A model generated the notes under the pieces. That model was not told where the DNA came from. It was given only the letters and a program-made list of their open reading frames with translations, and ran no database searches. Positions 18,679 to 28,176 of a stretch of 64,000 bases of DNA are shown piece by piece (within the stretch, counting starts at the first letter, position 1; each line of letters begins with the position of its first letter). The stretch comes from an uncultured Planctomycetota bacterium (GTDB taxonomy: Bacteria > Planctomycetota > Phycisphaerae > Tepidisphaerales > Tepidisphaeraceae): contig CAWJEN010000005.1 of assembly GCA_963841915.1 (NCBI GenBank), positions 416,001-480,000 of the forward strand, read 5' to 3'. The translations under genes were made by a program, and so were the position numbers.

Positions 18679-19239
18679 TCACGAGGCGTCGATCCAATCG
18701 ACCTGCAGTTCGAAGGGGCCGTCCTTCGTGTCGTTGAGGTTGATGCCGATTTGATCGATCTGGGCAGGCTCGACGGGGCCTAGCCGTTCGAGGCTGTAGG
18801 GGTCGCCTCGCCACGACGGAACCATCTTGCTCAGCTCGATCGTGACGGTCTGCCATTCGCCGACCGGGCCATCTGCCTTGATGTCGCCGCGGTAGGTGAT
18901 GTCTCTTCGGCCGGTGAGTGTGGAGCCGTCGTAGGCGAGCACGCGGTAGGGGCCGCGGCCGTCCGGCTTGATGCGCAGGATCAACGTCGTCTTACCCTCG
19001 AGCGTCCCCCGCTCGATCGGTAGCCGAACGCTGGCAAAGCCTCCGCCGTTGGTGTTGATCGAGCCGGCGAAGGTCATTACGCCGTCGGCGAATGAATGGT
19101 CGCCAAGCGAGCGGCCACCCATGACGTTGTCGTTCACGTTCTGCCAGCGGGCGTTCGCCTTGTCATTGTCGAAGTCGGTGAGGCGGACCGCGTCGGCGGG
19201 TGCCGCGAGAAAACCGGCGAGCAGGAAGGCAGCAATCAT
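18679..19239 (-). CDS. CIA30-family exported protein
   Basis: Motifs WQNVNDNVMGGRS, INTNGGGFASVR and GPFELQVDWI, plus a signal peptide. Confidence 0.88.
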   Translation of the reverse strand: MIAAFLLAGFLAAPADAVRLTDFDNDKANARWQNVNDNVMGGRSLGDHSFADGVMTFAGSINTNGGGFASVRLPIERGTLEGKTTLILRIKPDGRGPYRVLAYDGSTLTGRRDITYRGDIKADGPVGEWQTVTIELSKMVPSWRGDPYSLERLGPVEPAQIDQIGINLNDTKDGPFELQVDWIDAS

Positions 19240-19277
19240 GCGCCTTCAGGCCGCAAAGCGGATGCCGATGGACTCGT

Positions 19278-21536
19278 TCAAATCGCTTGACGCCGCCTGA
19301 GCAGGCCGCCCAGCAGCAGTACGCCACCAAGGCTGGTCGGCTCGGGCACCGTTGCCGCCCAGGCGTCCATCAGCTGCAGGTCGGCTGCTGCGACGACGTC
19401 GCCTGACAGGCCGTTGCCGAAGTTGGCCCGCAAGATGGCAAAGTCGAGAATCGAGACGGTGCCGTCGCCGTTGAAGTCACCGGTCCGCCAGTTGCCGTTG
19501 CTACCGAAATTGGCCCGTAACAGTGCAAAGTCGAGGATCGACACGGTCCCGTCCAGGTTGGCGTCGCCGTCGATGAACGCGCTGGCGACGACGGAGCTGA
19601 TGCCCTCTGCCGTCACGAGGTCAAGATCAAGTCCGGGCAGGCCGAAGTCGTGGGCCAGTGTGATGGACGAGCCGTTGAAGGTGCCGTGCGTCAGGATAGC
19701 GGTTGTCGTGCCGGGCACCGGAACTTCGGAGCTTGTCAGCAAGATTTGGCCGGCACCCGACACGTTACCGACGACGTCGAGCGTCAGGCTGTCGAGCGCG
19801 TCGGCTAGATCCACGAGCAACGTGCTGCCGTTTGCCAAAACAAGGTCACCCAGCACGGTGCCGCTCCCGGCGATGGTCGCTCCACCTTCTATGGTGGTGA
19901 TGCCGAGTCCGGTGGTGCCGTCGACGAGCAGCGTCCCACCGCTGATTTTGGTCGCGCCGCCGTAGCTGTTCGTGCCGGCGAGGTTCAACAGGCCGTCGCC
20001 GACCTTGGTGATGTTGAAGTCTGGCCCGCCTGCTGCCTGGAACACGCTGCCGCGGAGCGTCAGGTCTTTGCCCGCTTGCACATCAATGCGGGTGAACTCA
20101 TAGCCGAGCATTTGAAGGTCACCTGTGAGCTCGACGGCCACGCCGTCGACGTCGATGGTGCCGCCGCGGAGCTGCATGTCCCAAGGCAAGGTGAAGCCCC
20201 AGTTGTCGGTCTCGTTTCCGAGCCGGAGCGTGGTGTTCTGATCGACGCGAACGGTGCCGTCACCGGTTGCGTTGGTGCCGGGGCCGTGAATCCAGAGCGT
20301 CCCGCCGTTGCCACCGTCACCGTAGAGGCGGATCGTGCCGTCGTTACGGATGTCGTTGCCGCGGAACTGAATTGTGTTGCGGTCCTGCTTGCGAAGCAGC
20401 GCGTTCTCGGCGACGTAGACGGTGCCGGTGTTGCGAAGTCCCCAGTCGGCAGTACCACCGATGAAGCTTGCGGTGAACGAGTCGTCGTGGCTGGCGAGGG
20501 CGAAGATGTGACCGACGCCGTCTTCGGGGTCCATCGATGCGTCGTTGTTCCACAAGGATCCGCCGCGCATGTAGATGAAGTCGTCCGGCCGTGCCTGACC
20601 GACAAGGTTGAGCCCTTGGTTCGGCAGCAGCGTGCCCACGTATTCGTCACCGAGCAGCGACGGCACGTGCATGCCGTCTTTGACTTCCATGACCTGCGTC
20701 TCCCGGCTGCTGCCCAGGCCCCACTGCCACCACATGTGTCCCCTGACGTAGCTCCGCCGCTCCAGCTCGGGCACCACGATGTCCAGGAAACGACGGTTGG
20801 CGTCGGCCTGCTGTTCGGTCGTACGATTGTTGCCCCAATCCATGCCGGCAAACTCCGTGATCCATACCGGCTTGTTGAAGCGGTCGCGGTACCACTGCAC
20901 AGCCCCGAGGAAGTTGTTGGCCGAGCCCTGCACGTTGTTCGGGTCGACGTTGCCGTACCAGTGGAAGGCCACTTCATCGACCTGCAGATTGTTCGTCGGG
21001 TCGTTATCCGAGTTCCGCTGGTTGACCTGATTCATGAACTGCTGAATCCACTGACGACCCTCCGACGTGTCGCTGACTGCCGGGCTGACGAGCTTCAGGC
21101 CCGTGCCGGCAACGCGGTCGGTGACCTGCTTCCAGCTCCAGATGGCGTCGTTGACGTTGTGGTTAGCCTGGTCGGGCCGCTCGGGCTCGTTGTAGCCAAG
21201 GATGCGGGTGACGTTGAGCTGGTCCTTGTAGCCGAGGATGCGGTCGATGCGGGTGTCGACGCCCCAGCGATCCCAGAGCATTGGCATGTACTGACCGTTG
21301 AGGCCGCTCATGGCTGCGACGTTGGGGTTGTTGCCCCAGTCGTAGTAGAACCGGGCGTTTTGCCGATTAACGGCTTCCGGTCCGCCGCCACCGGCACCGT
21401 GCTTCGTCGGCGAGTTCCCCGCCATCGCCAAGCTCGGCCAGCACGTCGCAACAGCAAGCGCAGCGGCACACAGCGTGCTGACCATCGACGGGCGACGATG
21501 ACCGACAACGGACGAATTTGGCTTCCTCATCACCAC
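19278..21536 (-). CDS. GH128-like glycoside hydrolase with autotransporter-associated beta-strand repeat, dockerin-like repeat and PEP-CTERM
   Basis: Motifs YYDW, YMPMLW, ILGYNEPE, AFHWY and KPVWITEF (clan GH-A). Also ITKVGDGLLNLAGTNSYGGATKISGGTL, GDANLDGTVSILDF x2, and a VPEPTS-hydrophobic-RRR tail. Confidence 0.85.
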   Translation of the reverse strand: MVMRKPNSSVVGHRRPSMVSTLCAAALAVATCWPSLAMAGNSPTKHGAGGGGPEAVNRQNARFYYDWGNNPNVAAMSGLNGQYMPMLWDRWGVDTRIDRILGYKDQLNVTRILGYNEPERPDQANHNVNDAIWSWKQVTDRVAGTGLKLVSPAVSDTSEGRQWIQQFMNQVNQRNSDNDPTNNLQVDEVAFHWYGNVDPNNVQGSANNFLGAVQWYRDRFNKPVWITEFAGMDWGNNRTTEQQADANRRFLDIVVPELERRSYVRGHMWWQWGLGSSRETQVMEVKDGMHVPSLLGDEYVGTLLPNQGLNLVGQARPDDFIYMRGGSLWNNDASMDPEDGVGHIFALASHDDSFTASFIGGTADWGLRNTGTVYVAENALLRKQDRNTIQFRGNDIRNDGTIRLYGDGGNGGTLWIHGPGTNATGDGTVRVDQNTTLRLGNETDNWGFTLPWDMQLRGGTIDVDGVAVELTGDLQMLGYEFTRIDVQAGKDLTLRGSVFQAAGGPDFNITKVGDGLLNLAGTNSYGGATKISGGTLLVDGTTGLGITTIEGGATIAGSGTVLGDLVLANGSTLLVDLADALDSLTLDVVGNVSGAGQILLTSSEVPVPGTTTAILTHGTFNGSSITLAHDFGLPGLDLDLVTAEGISSVVASAFIDGDANLDGTVSILDFALLRANFGSNGNWRTGDFNGDGTVSILDFAILRANFGNGLSGDVVAAADLQLMDAWAATVPEPTSLGGVLLLGGLLRRRQAI

Positions 21537-21791
21537 CTAATTTACCTCAGTCGGGACGCGTTGTTCGGCAACGCGTGCGGCAAAGTCTTGTCAATATTCC
21601 CCAGGTAGCGGCCCATCATGACGGCCACGCGTCGACGAAGGCGTGGTCGCGGGTGCAAGGTTGACTATGAAGCGCTCCTCTCAATGGCTCTCCAGAGCGC
21701 GTCGCACGGCCCGAGCAGGATGAGCGTTCGATGACGTGAACCCGTGCGGCAACACAGGTGGCGGCGACCTTAGGGCCTATGTTCGGACCAC

Positions 21792-23012
21792 TTGTCCAAG
21801 TCTCCAAAGAAGATCGTCCTCGCCTACTCCGGCGGCCTTGATACGAGCGTCATCCTGCCGTGGCTCAAGAACCGCCACCCGGGCTGCGAGGTCGTCGCCT
21901 TTGCAGCCGAGTTGGGCCAGGGCAGTGAGCTCGAAGGCGTCGAGAAGAAGGCCCGCGAAAGCGGTGCGGACGACGTTGTCGTGGCTGACCTTCGAGAGGA
22001 GTTTGCACGCGACTACTGCTTCCCGATGCTGCGGGCGCATGCGATCTACGAGCGGGATTACCTGCTGGGCACGAGCATCGCCCGGCCACTGATTGCGGCC
22101 AAGCAGGTCGAGGCGGCCCGGCAGACGGACAGCGATGCCGTCGCTCACGGTGCGACCGGTAAGGGCAACGACCAGGTTCGCTTCGAGCTGACGTTCATGG
22201 CCTTAGCCCCGGACCTGCAGATCATCTCGCCCTGGAAGGACCCGACCTTCGAACTGCGTGACCGTGAGGCGGCCATCGATTACGCCCACGAGCACGGCGT
22301 GCCGGTCGCCCAGAGCCGCGAGAAGATCTACAGCCAGGACCGCAACCTGTGGCACATCAGCCATGAGGGTGCCGAGATTGAGGACCCGGCCGGTGAGCCC
22401 AAGTGGGAGCGGATGCTGACCATGACCAGCCCGATCGGCGAGACGCCCAACGAGGTCGAGCGCGTCACGGTCGAGTTCAAGCAAGGCGACCCCGTCAGCA
22501 TCAACGGCGAGAAGCTCAGCCCGGCGGCACTGATCGAGAAGATGAACACCATCGCCGGCCGGCACGGCGTAGGCGTTAAGCTTCTCGTCGAAAACCGCCT
22601 CGTCGGCATGAAGTCACGCGGCGTCTACGAAACACCAGGCGGCACCGCTCTGTACGTCGCCCACAACGCCCTCGAACAGCTCACGCTCGAGCGTGATTTG
22701 TTCCAAGCCAAGCAGAAGGTCAGCCTCGACTACGCCAAGCTCGTCTACAACGGCCAGTGGTTCCACCCGCTGCGCGACGCGCTGCAGGCGTTCGTCGACG
22801 ACAGCCAGAAGGTCGTGACCGGACAGGTCACGCTCAGTCTGTACAAAGGCACCTGCGACGCGATCGGCGTCAAGAGCCCGTTCAGCCTGTACGATCCGGA
22901 ACTGGCTAGCTTCAGCATGGACGGCTACGACGTGACCGCGGCCCGCGGGTTCATCGACTGCTTCGGTTTGCCGATGAAGGTCGCGGGCATGCGGGCACGA
23001 CGGGAGGGGTGA
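21792..23012 (+). CDS. argG: Argininosuccinate synthase
   Basis: Motifs VLAYSGGLDTS, HGATGKGNDQVRFE and ENRLVGMKSRGVYETPGG. TTG start. Confidence 0.98.
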   Translation: MSKSPKKIVLAYSGGLDTSVILPWLKNRHPGCEVVAFAAELGQGSELEGVEKKARESGADDVVVADLREEFARDYCFPMLRAHAIYERDYLLGTSIARPLIAAKQVEAARQTDSDAVAHGATGKGNDQVRFELTFMALAPDLQIISPWKDPTFELRDREAAIDYAHEHGVPVAQSREKIYSQDRNLWHISHEGAEIEDPAGEPKWERMLTMTSPIGETPNEVERVTVEFKQGDPVSINGEKLSPAALIEKMNTIAGRHGVGVKLLVENRLVGMKSRGVYETPGGTALYVAHNALEQLTLERDLFQAKQKVSLDYAKLVYNGQWFHPLRDALQAFVDDSQKVVTGQVTLSLYKGTCDAIGVKSPFSLYDPELASFSMDGYDVTAARGFIDCFGLPMKVAGMRARREG

Positions 23013-23032
23013 GCCGCTCCAGGCATGGCGGC

Positions 23033-23725
23033 TTACTCATCTGCGAGTATGTCGGCCAGCTTGACCGCAAATCCCGGCACTACGTCGCCGCCATCGAGCG
23101 TGCCGGCAGCGTCGACTGTCGTGACGTCGTCAGCCGACGTGTAGCGTCGTGCGGCCTGTTGTTTCGGGTCGATGACGTACGCGAGACGGCAGCCGCTTGC
23201 GAAAAGCTCGCGGAGCTTCATGTCGATCTCGGCCGGGGTGTTGTCTTCGCTGAGGACTTCGACCGCGAGCCGCGGCGGGAGCGTTGGGACCTTATCTTTT
23301 GGCCGCTGGCCCTCCGGGTAATCGGCTCTGAGATAAACGGCAACGTCCGGCATCCTTCGGTTGCCCCCCGACATCCTGACGGTCCCGGCTTCTCCCGCAA
23401 CGAAGCCAAGCTTTTGCTGCCGCACAACGACGTTGAGGTCCGTTAAGAGGTTGGCGGCAATTCGACTTTCATCCAGACCCACAGGCTTCTCCACAAGCGT
23501 TCCATCGACGAGTTCGACCAGATGCTCCCCGAGTCGACCCTCGATCGCGTCGTAAAAGCTGCCGCTCACCGTGCGGGGCGGCGGGTTAAAAATGATGCGG
23601 TGCCACGGGATACCTCCAAGTGACGCTCTGAAAGCATCGCCGTTTCGCAACGGAGGCGATTGTCGCTCGGCTACGTCGCCCACCCGGTTCGCTGCGACAG
23701 CGGGAGGATCGACGAGAAGCGTCAT
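23033..23725 (-). CDS. Uma2-family putative restriction endonuclease
   Basis: Motifs VELVDGTLVEKP, RMPDVA, PRLAVEVLS and LDGGDVVPGF. Confidence 0.9.
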   Translation of the reverse strand: MTLLVDPPAVAANRVGDVAERQSPPLRNGDAFRASLGGIPWHRIIFNPPPRTVSGSFYDAIEGRLGEHLVELVDGTLVEKPVGLDESRIAANLLTDLNVVVRQQKLGFVAGEAGTVRMSGGNRRMPDVAVYLRADYPEGQRPKDKVPTLPPRLAVEVLSEDNTPAEIDMKLRELFASGCRLAYVIDPKQQAARRYTSADDVTTVDAAGTLDGGDVVPGFAVKLADILADE

Positions 23726-23743
23726 GCCGTGACTATACCAGCT

Positions 23744-25027
23744 TCAGGCCATTCCTGTCACGGCCGCCCGGCCGGCGAGGTAACCCGTCGCCCAGGCCCA
23801 TTGGAAGTTAAACCCGCCGATGCGACCGTCGACGTCGATGATTTCGCCGGCCAGGTGCAACCCGTCGCACGTGCGGCTGCCCATCGTCTTCCAGGCCACC
23901 TCGCTGAGCGGCACGCCGCCCGCCGTCACCTCGGCGTGGTTCCAGCCGCGTTCCTGTTCGACGGGCAACGGCAGCTCGACCAGGTTCCGCACGAGGCTGC
24001 GCCGATCGTCGCGTCTCAGCCGGGCGAGCGGCGTGTTGCCGTCGATGCCGAGCATGTGCAGCACCGCGTCGCTGACCTTCTCCGGCAGCGTCGGCCGCGT
24101 GCTGACGCCGCCCGAGGTCCACTGCTTCGTCAGCCCGCGGATCGGCAGCTTCGGGATCTGCTCGGTCATGTACAGGAGCGTCGCCTCGACCGTCTCGAAC
24201 CGCTCACCGGGCAGCAGGTTCGCGAACCACTGCACGCTGCGACCGGCTTCGCGGTTGGCCAGCCAGTGGCGACTGGCGTCCATGACGACCGGTCCGCTCA
24301 GGCCGAAGTGCGTCCACAAGAGTGAACCGCTGCGACGGTCGATCGGCTTGCCGTCGGCCACGGTGGTGATCTCCGTCTCGTGACTGATCCCGGTCAGGTC
24401 GGCGTGGAAGAAGTGCTGCTGCAGCGTCATGGAGACGAGGGCAGCGTGGGTGTCGCTGACGGTGTGACCCAGCCCGCGTGCGATGCCGTAGCCGCCGCCG
24501 TCGCTGCCGGTCTTGGGCAAACTCAGGCCGCCGGTGCAGAGGATGAGCTTGTCGCAGCGGTGCAACCCTTGCGGCGTGTTCAGGACAAACGCCTCGCCGT
24601 CTCGCTGAACGGACTCGACGCGGTGTTCGGTCAGTAACGTGCCGCCTCGCTCGTGCAGGCGGTTCAGGAGCGCGTCGAGGACGGTACGTGCCTTGTCGGT
24701 CGTCGGAAACAGCTTACCTGTCGGCTCGCGTTTGAGCCGTACGTCCATCGACTCGAACCACGCGACGCACTGTTCGACGGTAAAGCTCGCCAGAACGTTC
24801 TTGACGAAGTTGCGGGTGGCTGCGTTGTAGTCGCGGGTGTCGACCTTGTGGTGCGTGACGTTGCATCGGCCTCCACCGGCGACAAGGAGCTTGGCCCCGA
24901 CCTTCTTGGCTCCGTCGAAGACGGCGACGCGCGCGTCGGGATTGGCCTCGGCGGCGAAGATGCCGGCCGCCAACCCCGCCGCCCCGCCGCCGACGATGCC
25001 GAGGTTCCAGTGCTTGGCCGTGTCCAT
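23744..25027 (-). CDS. HI0933/BaiN-family flavoprotein
   Basis: Motifs VGGGAAG, KLLVAGGGRCNVT, TGGLSLPKTGSDGGGY, LWTHFGLSGP, AEVTAGGV and GRIGGFNFQWA. Start placed at ATG 25027; the ORF track gives GTG 25036. Confidence 0.93.
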   Translation of the reverse strand: MDTAKHWNLGIVGGGAAGLAAGIFAAEANPDARVAVFDGAKKVGAKLLVAGGGRCNVTHHKVDTRDYNAATRNFVKNVLASFTVEQCVAWFESMDVRLKREPTGKLFPTTDKARTVLDALLNRLHERGGTLLTEHRVESVQRDGEAFVLNTPQGLHRCDKLILCTGGLSLPKTGSDGGGYGIARGLGHTVSDTHAALVSMTLQQHFFHADLTGISHETEITTVADGKPIDRRSGSLLWTHFGLSGPVVMDASRHWLANREAGRSVQWFANLLPGERFETVEATLLYMTEQIPKLPIRGLTKQWTSGGVSTRPTLPEKVSDAVLHMLGIDGNTPLARLRRDDRRSLVRNLVELPLPVEQERGWNHAEVTAGGVPLSEVAWKTMGSRTCDGLHLAGEIIDVDGRIGGFNFQWAWATGYLAGRAAVTGMA

Positions 25028-25048
25028 CGAGCGCACGCTACGGCCGAC

Positions 25049-27001
25049 TCAGCCGGCGAGCTGGCGGACCTTCTTGGCAATGCCGTCGGGGTCGAGGCCT
25101 TGGTACCCCATCTGCTGCCAGAGGCCGCCGGGGCCTTCGCGGTAGGTGCCGATGTGGTTGTACTTCACGTGGGCACCGGCCTTGAGCAGGTAGGTGCCGA
25201 ATCGGCTGCCCAGACCCGTTTTGACGTTCCACTCTTCTGCAACGAGGCAGAAGCCTGTTTTGCCGATGCGGGCGAGGGTGTCGTTGTCGACGACGTTGAG
25301 CGTCGACTTGTTGATGAGGCCGACGTCGAGGCCGTCTTTGCGGAGTTGCTCGACGGCCCCGAGGGCGCGGTAAAGCGTGCTGCCGTAGCTGACGACGTAG
25401 CCGGCCGAGCCTTCGCGGATGACGTCATCCTTGCCGACTTCGAAGGTATACCCGCCGGCCGGGTCGAAGAACTCTTTACCGTCGCTGCCGAGGATGTTCG
25501 GGACGGCCGAGCGGTTCGAGTAGACGAATCGGCAGCCTTCGTCCCAGAAGATTTTCTCCAGGCACGCCTTCATTTGGTGACCGTCGGCCGGGAAGTAGAG
25601 GCGCGTCTTGTCGGGCGTGACGTCCTTGGCGGGTTCTTCGTCAAGGTCACTCTCGGGCAGGCCGTTGTCGGCGAAGAGGTTGTTGATGCCGAAGTGACAC
25701 GTGGAGTCGGCCATGTCGTCGACGCCGCTGTGGCTGAAGTGGCACAGCACGTTGCTCTTGTTGAGCCGAGCCATCGTCAGTTCGCTCAGGATCATCTCCT
25801 GAAATGCACTGAAGGTGGCGAAGATGCCCTGCTTGCCGTTGTGGTTCATGCCGAACCCGGCGGCGGCGCTGAAGGCGCCGCGCTCCATGACGCCCGTCTT
25901 GTGGTAGATCTCGGGGTAGGCCTTGCGGATGGCAGCAATGCCGGTCGAGCCTTCGAGGTCAGGGTCGATGACCATGACCTTCGAGCGGCGGTCTTCGTCG
26001 CTCATGGTGCCGAGGATGTCGACGACGATCGAGCCGAACAGGCTGCGGTTTTTGCTCTCGTTCTCGCTGGAGCCCTCGTACTTGGGCTGCTTGGGACCCT
26101 TCGAAATCTGCGTGTTGAGGTATTCCAGAGCCTTTTCGTACTTGCCCTGCTTCTCGAGGTAGGCGATGGCGGCCTTGACCGGTATGACGTCGTGGGCCTC
26201 GGGCTCGCCCTCGAGTTCTTCGCCCATACCGACGGCCATGCGGCGGACGTTGATCAGCGCCGCCGGCCCCTTTTTCTGCATGATCTTGTGGATGCGAAAG
26301 TGCAGGGCCTCAAGGTCTTCAGGATCGCCCGTGTCGACGAGCATGCCGTGGCCGGCAAGGGTCTGGCCGATGTCGTAGCCGGGAAGGTAGCGGCTGGGCT
26401 TGCCGGCAATCGTGACGTCGTTGGCGTCGACGAGGATCTTGATGTTGATGCCCAGCGACACCGCGATGCGGGCGGCCTCGGCGTCGTTGCCCTCCATCTC
26501 GCTGCCGTCGGAGCCGAAGACGACGACCGCCTGGTCCGGGTGGGCGAGTGCGACGCCATTGGCGTAGGGCCACATGTGACCGAGACGGCCCGAGCTGAAG
26601 GCGATGCCGGGCGTGTGACCGAGTTCCGGGTGACCCGGCAGGTGCTTTTCGAACTCGCGATAATGCAGCAATTGTTCCGCGTCCATGTGGCCGTTGATGA
26701 CCGACATGAGGTACTGAATGGCCACGCGGTGGCCGGCCTCGTCGAAGTAGATCGGGACGATCGGCTTGGAGTCGTGCCGCATCATCGCGTCGACGAGGAC
26801 GACCTCAGGCACGATGTCGAACGCCCCACCCGTGTGCCCGCCGAGTCCCTTGCCGGCGGCGATGGCGGTGAAGAAGACCAGAGCGTCACGGCACAACTGC
26901 ACGTTGTGCTTGATGGCGGCATGCTGCTCGTCGCTCATCGAACCCGCGGCCGGGTCGATGACGATTTTCTTGTAGCTCGACAGGTCGATCGGGAAGCTCA
27001 T
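25049..27001 (-). CDS. Atypical single-chain transketolase-family TPP enzyme
   Basis: Motifs GGHTGG, LPGHPE, SSGRLGH, the TPP motif SDGSEMEGN...DAND, DLEGST, GVMERG and SHSG. Strong codon bias. Confidence 0.85.
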   Translation of the reverse strand: MSFPIDLSSYKKIVIDPAAGSMSDEQHAAIKHNVQLCRDALVFFTAIAAGKGLGGHTGGAFDIVPEVVLVDAMMRHDSKPIVPIYFDEAGHRVAIQYLMSVINGHMDAEQLLHYREFEKHLPGHPELGHTPGIAFSSGRLGHMWPYANGVALAHPDQAVVVFGSDGSEMEGNDAEAARIAVSLGINIKILVDANDVTIAGKPSRYLPGYDIGQTLAGHGMLVDTGDPEDLEALHFRIHKIMQKKGPAALINVRRMAVGMGEELEGEPEAHDVIPVKAAIAYLEKQGKYEKALEYLNTQISKGPKQPKYEGSSENESKNRSLFGSIVVDILGTMSDEDRRSKVMVIDPDLEGSTGIAAIRKAYPEIYHKTGVMERGAFSAAAGFGMNHNGKQGIFATFSAFQEMILSELTMARLNKSNVLCHFSHSGVDDMADSTCHFGINNLFADNGLPESDLDEEPAKDVTPDKTRLYFPADGHQMKACLEKIFWDEGCRFVYSNRSAVPNILGSDGKEFFDPAGGYTFEVGKDDVIREGSAGYVVSYGSTLYRALGAVEQLRKDGLDVGLINKSTLNVVDNDTLARIGKTGFCLVAEEWNVKTGLGSRFGTYLLKAGAHVKYNHIGTYREGPGGLWQQMGYQGLDPDGIAKKVRQLAG

Positions 27002-27050
27002 AGGAACAACTTACGCAGCCTCCAACCAATGTCCTGCAAAGGGTGCCGGC

Positions 27051-28157
27051 TCAGCCGAACAACTCTAATTGTGCCGGCGGCTTGGCGAGCCGCACGTCGA
27101 AGCCGAGCTTCTCGGGCAGACCAAGCTTGTGCAAATGCTTCGGGAAGTCGGCAAAGCCGTGATGAGCGACCACGTGTTTCGGCCGCACGATTTCGAGCGT
27201 CTCCAGCAATTCGTCCCAGCTGGCATGGTCGCTCAACGGCAACACGTGCTCGACGCCGTAGCGGAATTGCGCGCCGCTCGTCAGGGCCCAGCCGCTCATC
27301 ATGATGCGGACGACGTTCTCGCCGAACTGAGCCGTCATGGCGCCGCGAGCGTCACGTGGCGGGCAGACGAGGACGCCACGCTGGCGAAGATCAAGCTGTT
27401 TGTCGCCGGAGAAGTCAGCCTTGTTGTACCTGCGGAGCTGCTCGTCGCGGCCGAGGTGCACGCCGAACTTGCGGTAGAACTGACTCATCTGCCAGATCGC
27501 ACCGTGCATCGTCACGGTGTGGCCGGCGTCGGTGAGAATGCGGATGTTCTCCTGGCTCTTGCCGAGCGAATAGCCGTGGACGACCGGCTGCTTGCCTTCG
27601 GCAAAGGCGACTTCCACCAGTTCGAGCAGTCGCTCCTCGACCTCGCTGGCCGGTGGGAAGCTGAAGTACGGGCTGCCGTAGGTCGACTCCATCACGAGTA
27701 CGTCTGCATGCCGCGGCTCGGCCTGGCGAATCGTGCGGCTGGGGCGCAGCTTGTAATCGCCGGTGTAAAGCAGTGTGCCGGCGTCACGCTCGATGAACGG
27801 CATCGCGCTGCCCAGTACATGACCGGCCGGCAGCAACGTGCAGCGGACGCCGTCTTCGAGATCGAACGGCTCGTCGTAAGGGTGCTCGACAACGCGTTGA
27901 GCGAGTCCGCAGCGATAGACGCCGATCGCGGCGGTTTCGGGCGTGCAGACGACGCGGCCGTGCAGCTTGCTGACGTCCGGCTCGGGTCCACGGTCGCCGT
28001 AGCACAGGTGATCGCTGTGGGCATGACTGACCAGGCAATTGGGCCGCGGCTTGCGGGAATCAAGGTGCCAGGGCAAACCTGCGAGTTTCAGGTCGTCCTT
28101 CCACTCGAACAAATCCTCAACACGCGGCACGAGTTGTTCTATGCCTGTACGGATCAC
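27051..28157 (-). CDS. MBL-fold (beta-CASP-like) metallo-hydrolase, DNA-ligase-associated exonuclease-like
   Basis: Motifs SHAHSDH, PAGHVLGS, YTGDY, MESTYG, YSLGKSQE and LSDHA. Start uncertain. Confidence 0.88.
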   Translation of the reverse strand: MIRTGIEQLVPRVEDLFEWKDDLKLAGLPWHLDSRKPRPNCLVSHAHSDHLCYGDRGPEPDVSKLHGRVVCTPETAAIGVYRCGLAQRVVEHPYDEPFDLEDGVRCTLLPAGHVLGSAMPFIERDAGTLLYTGDYKLRPSRTIRQAEPRHADVLVMESTYGSPYFSFPPASEVEERLLELVEVAFAEGKQPVVHGYSLGKSQENIRILTDAGHTVTMHGAIWQMSQFYRKFGVHLGRDEQLRRYNKADFSGDKQLDLRQRGVLVCPPRDARGAMTAQFGENVVRIMMSGWALTSGAQFRYGVEHVLPLSDHASWDELLETLEIVRPKHVVAHHGFADFPKHLHKLGLPEKLGFDVRLAKPPAQLELFG

Positions 28158-28176
28158 AGGGACGCTACCGTCGGCC

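Noticed and set aside
23033..23725. Uma2 nuclease as a defence system or mobile element
   Set aside because: Stand-alone Uma2 genes are abundant in planctomycetes. There is no methylase, partner gene or terminal repeat.
24653..27304. 883-aa plus-strand ORF antisense to the transketolase-family gene
   Set aside because: A mirror-frame artefact of a strongly biased gene. The same applies to 20076-21608, 27069-28208, 28165-29496 and 44277-45392.
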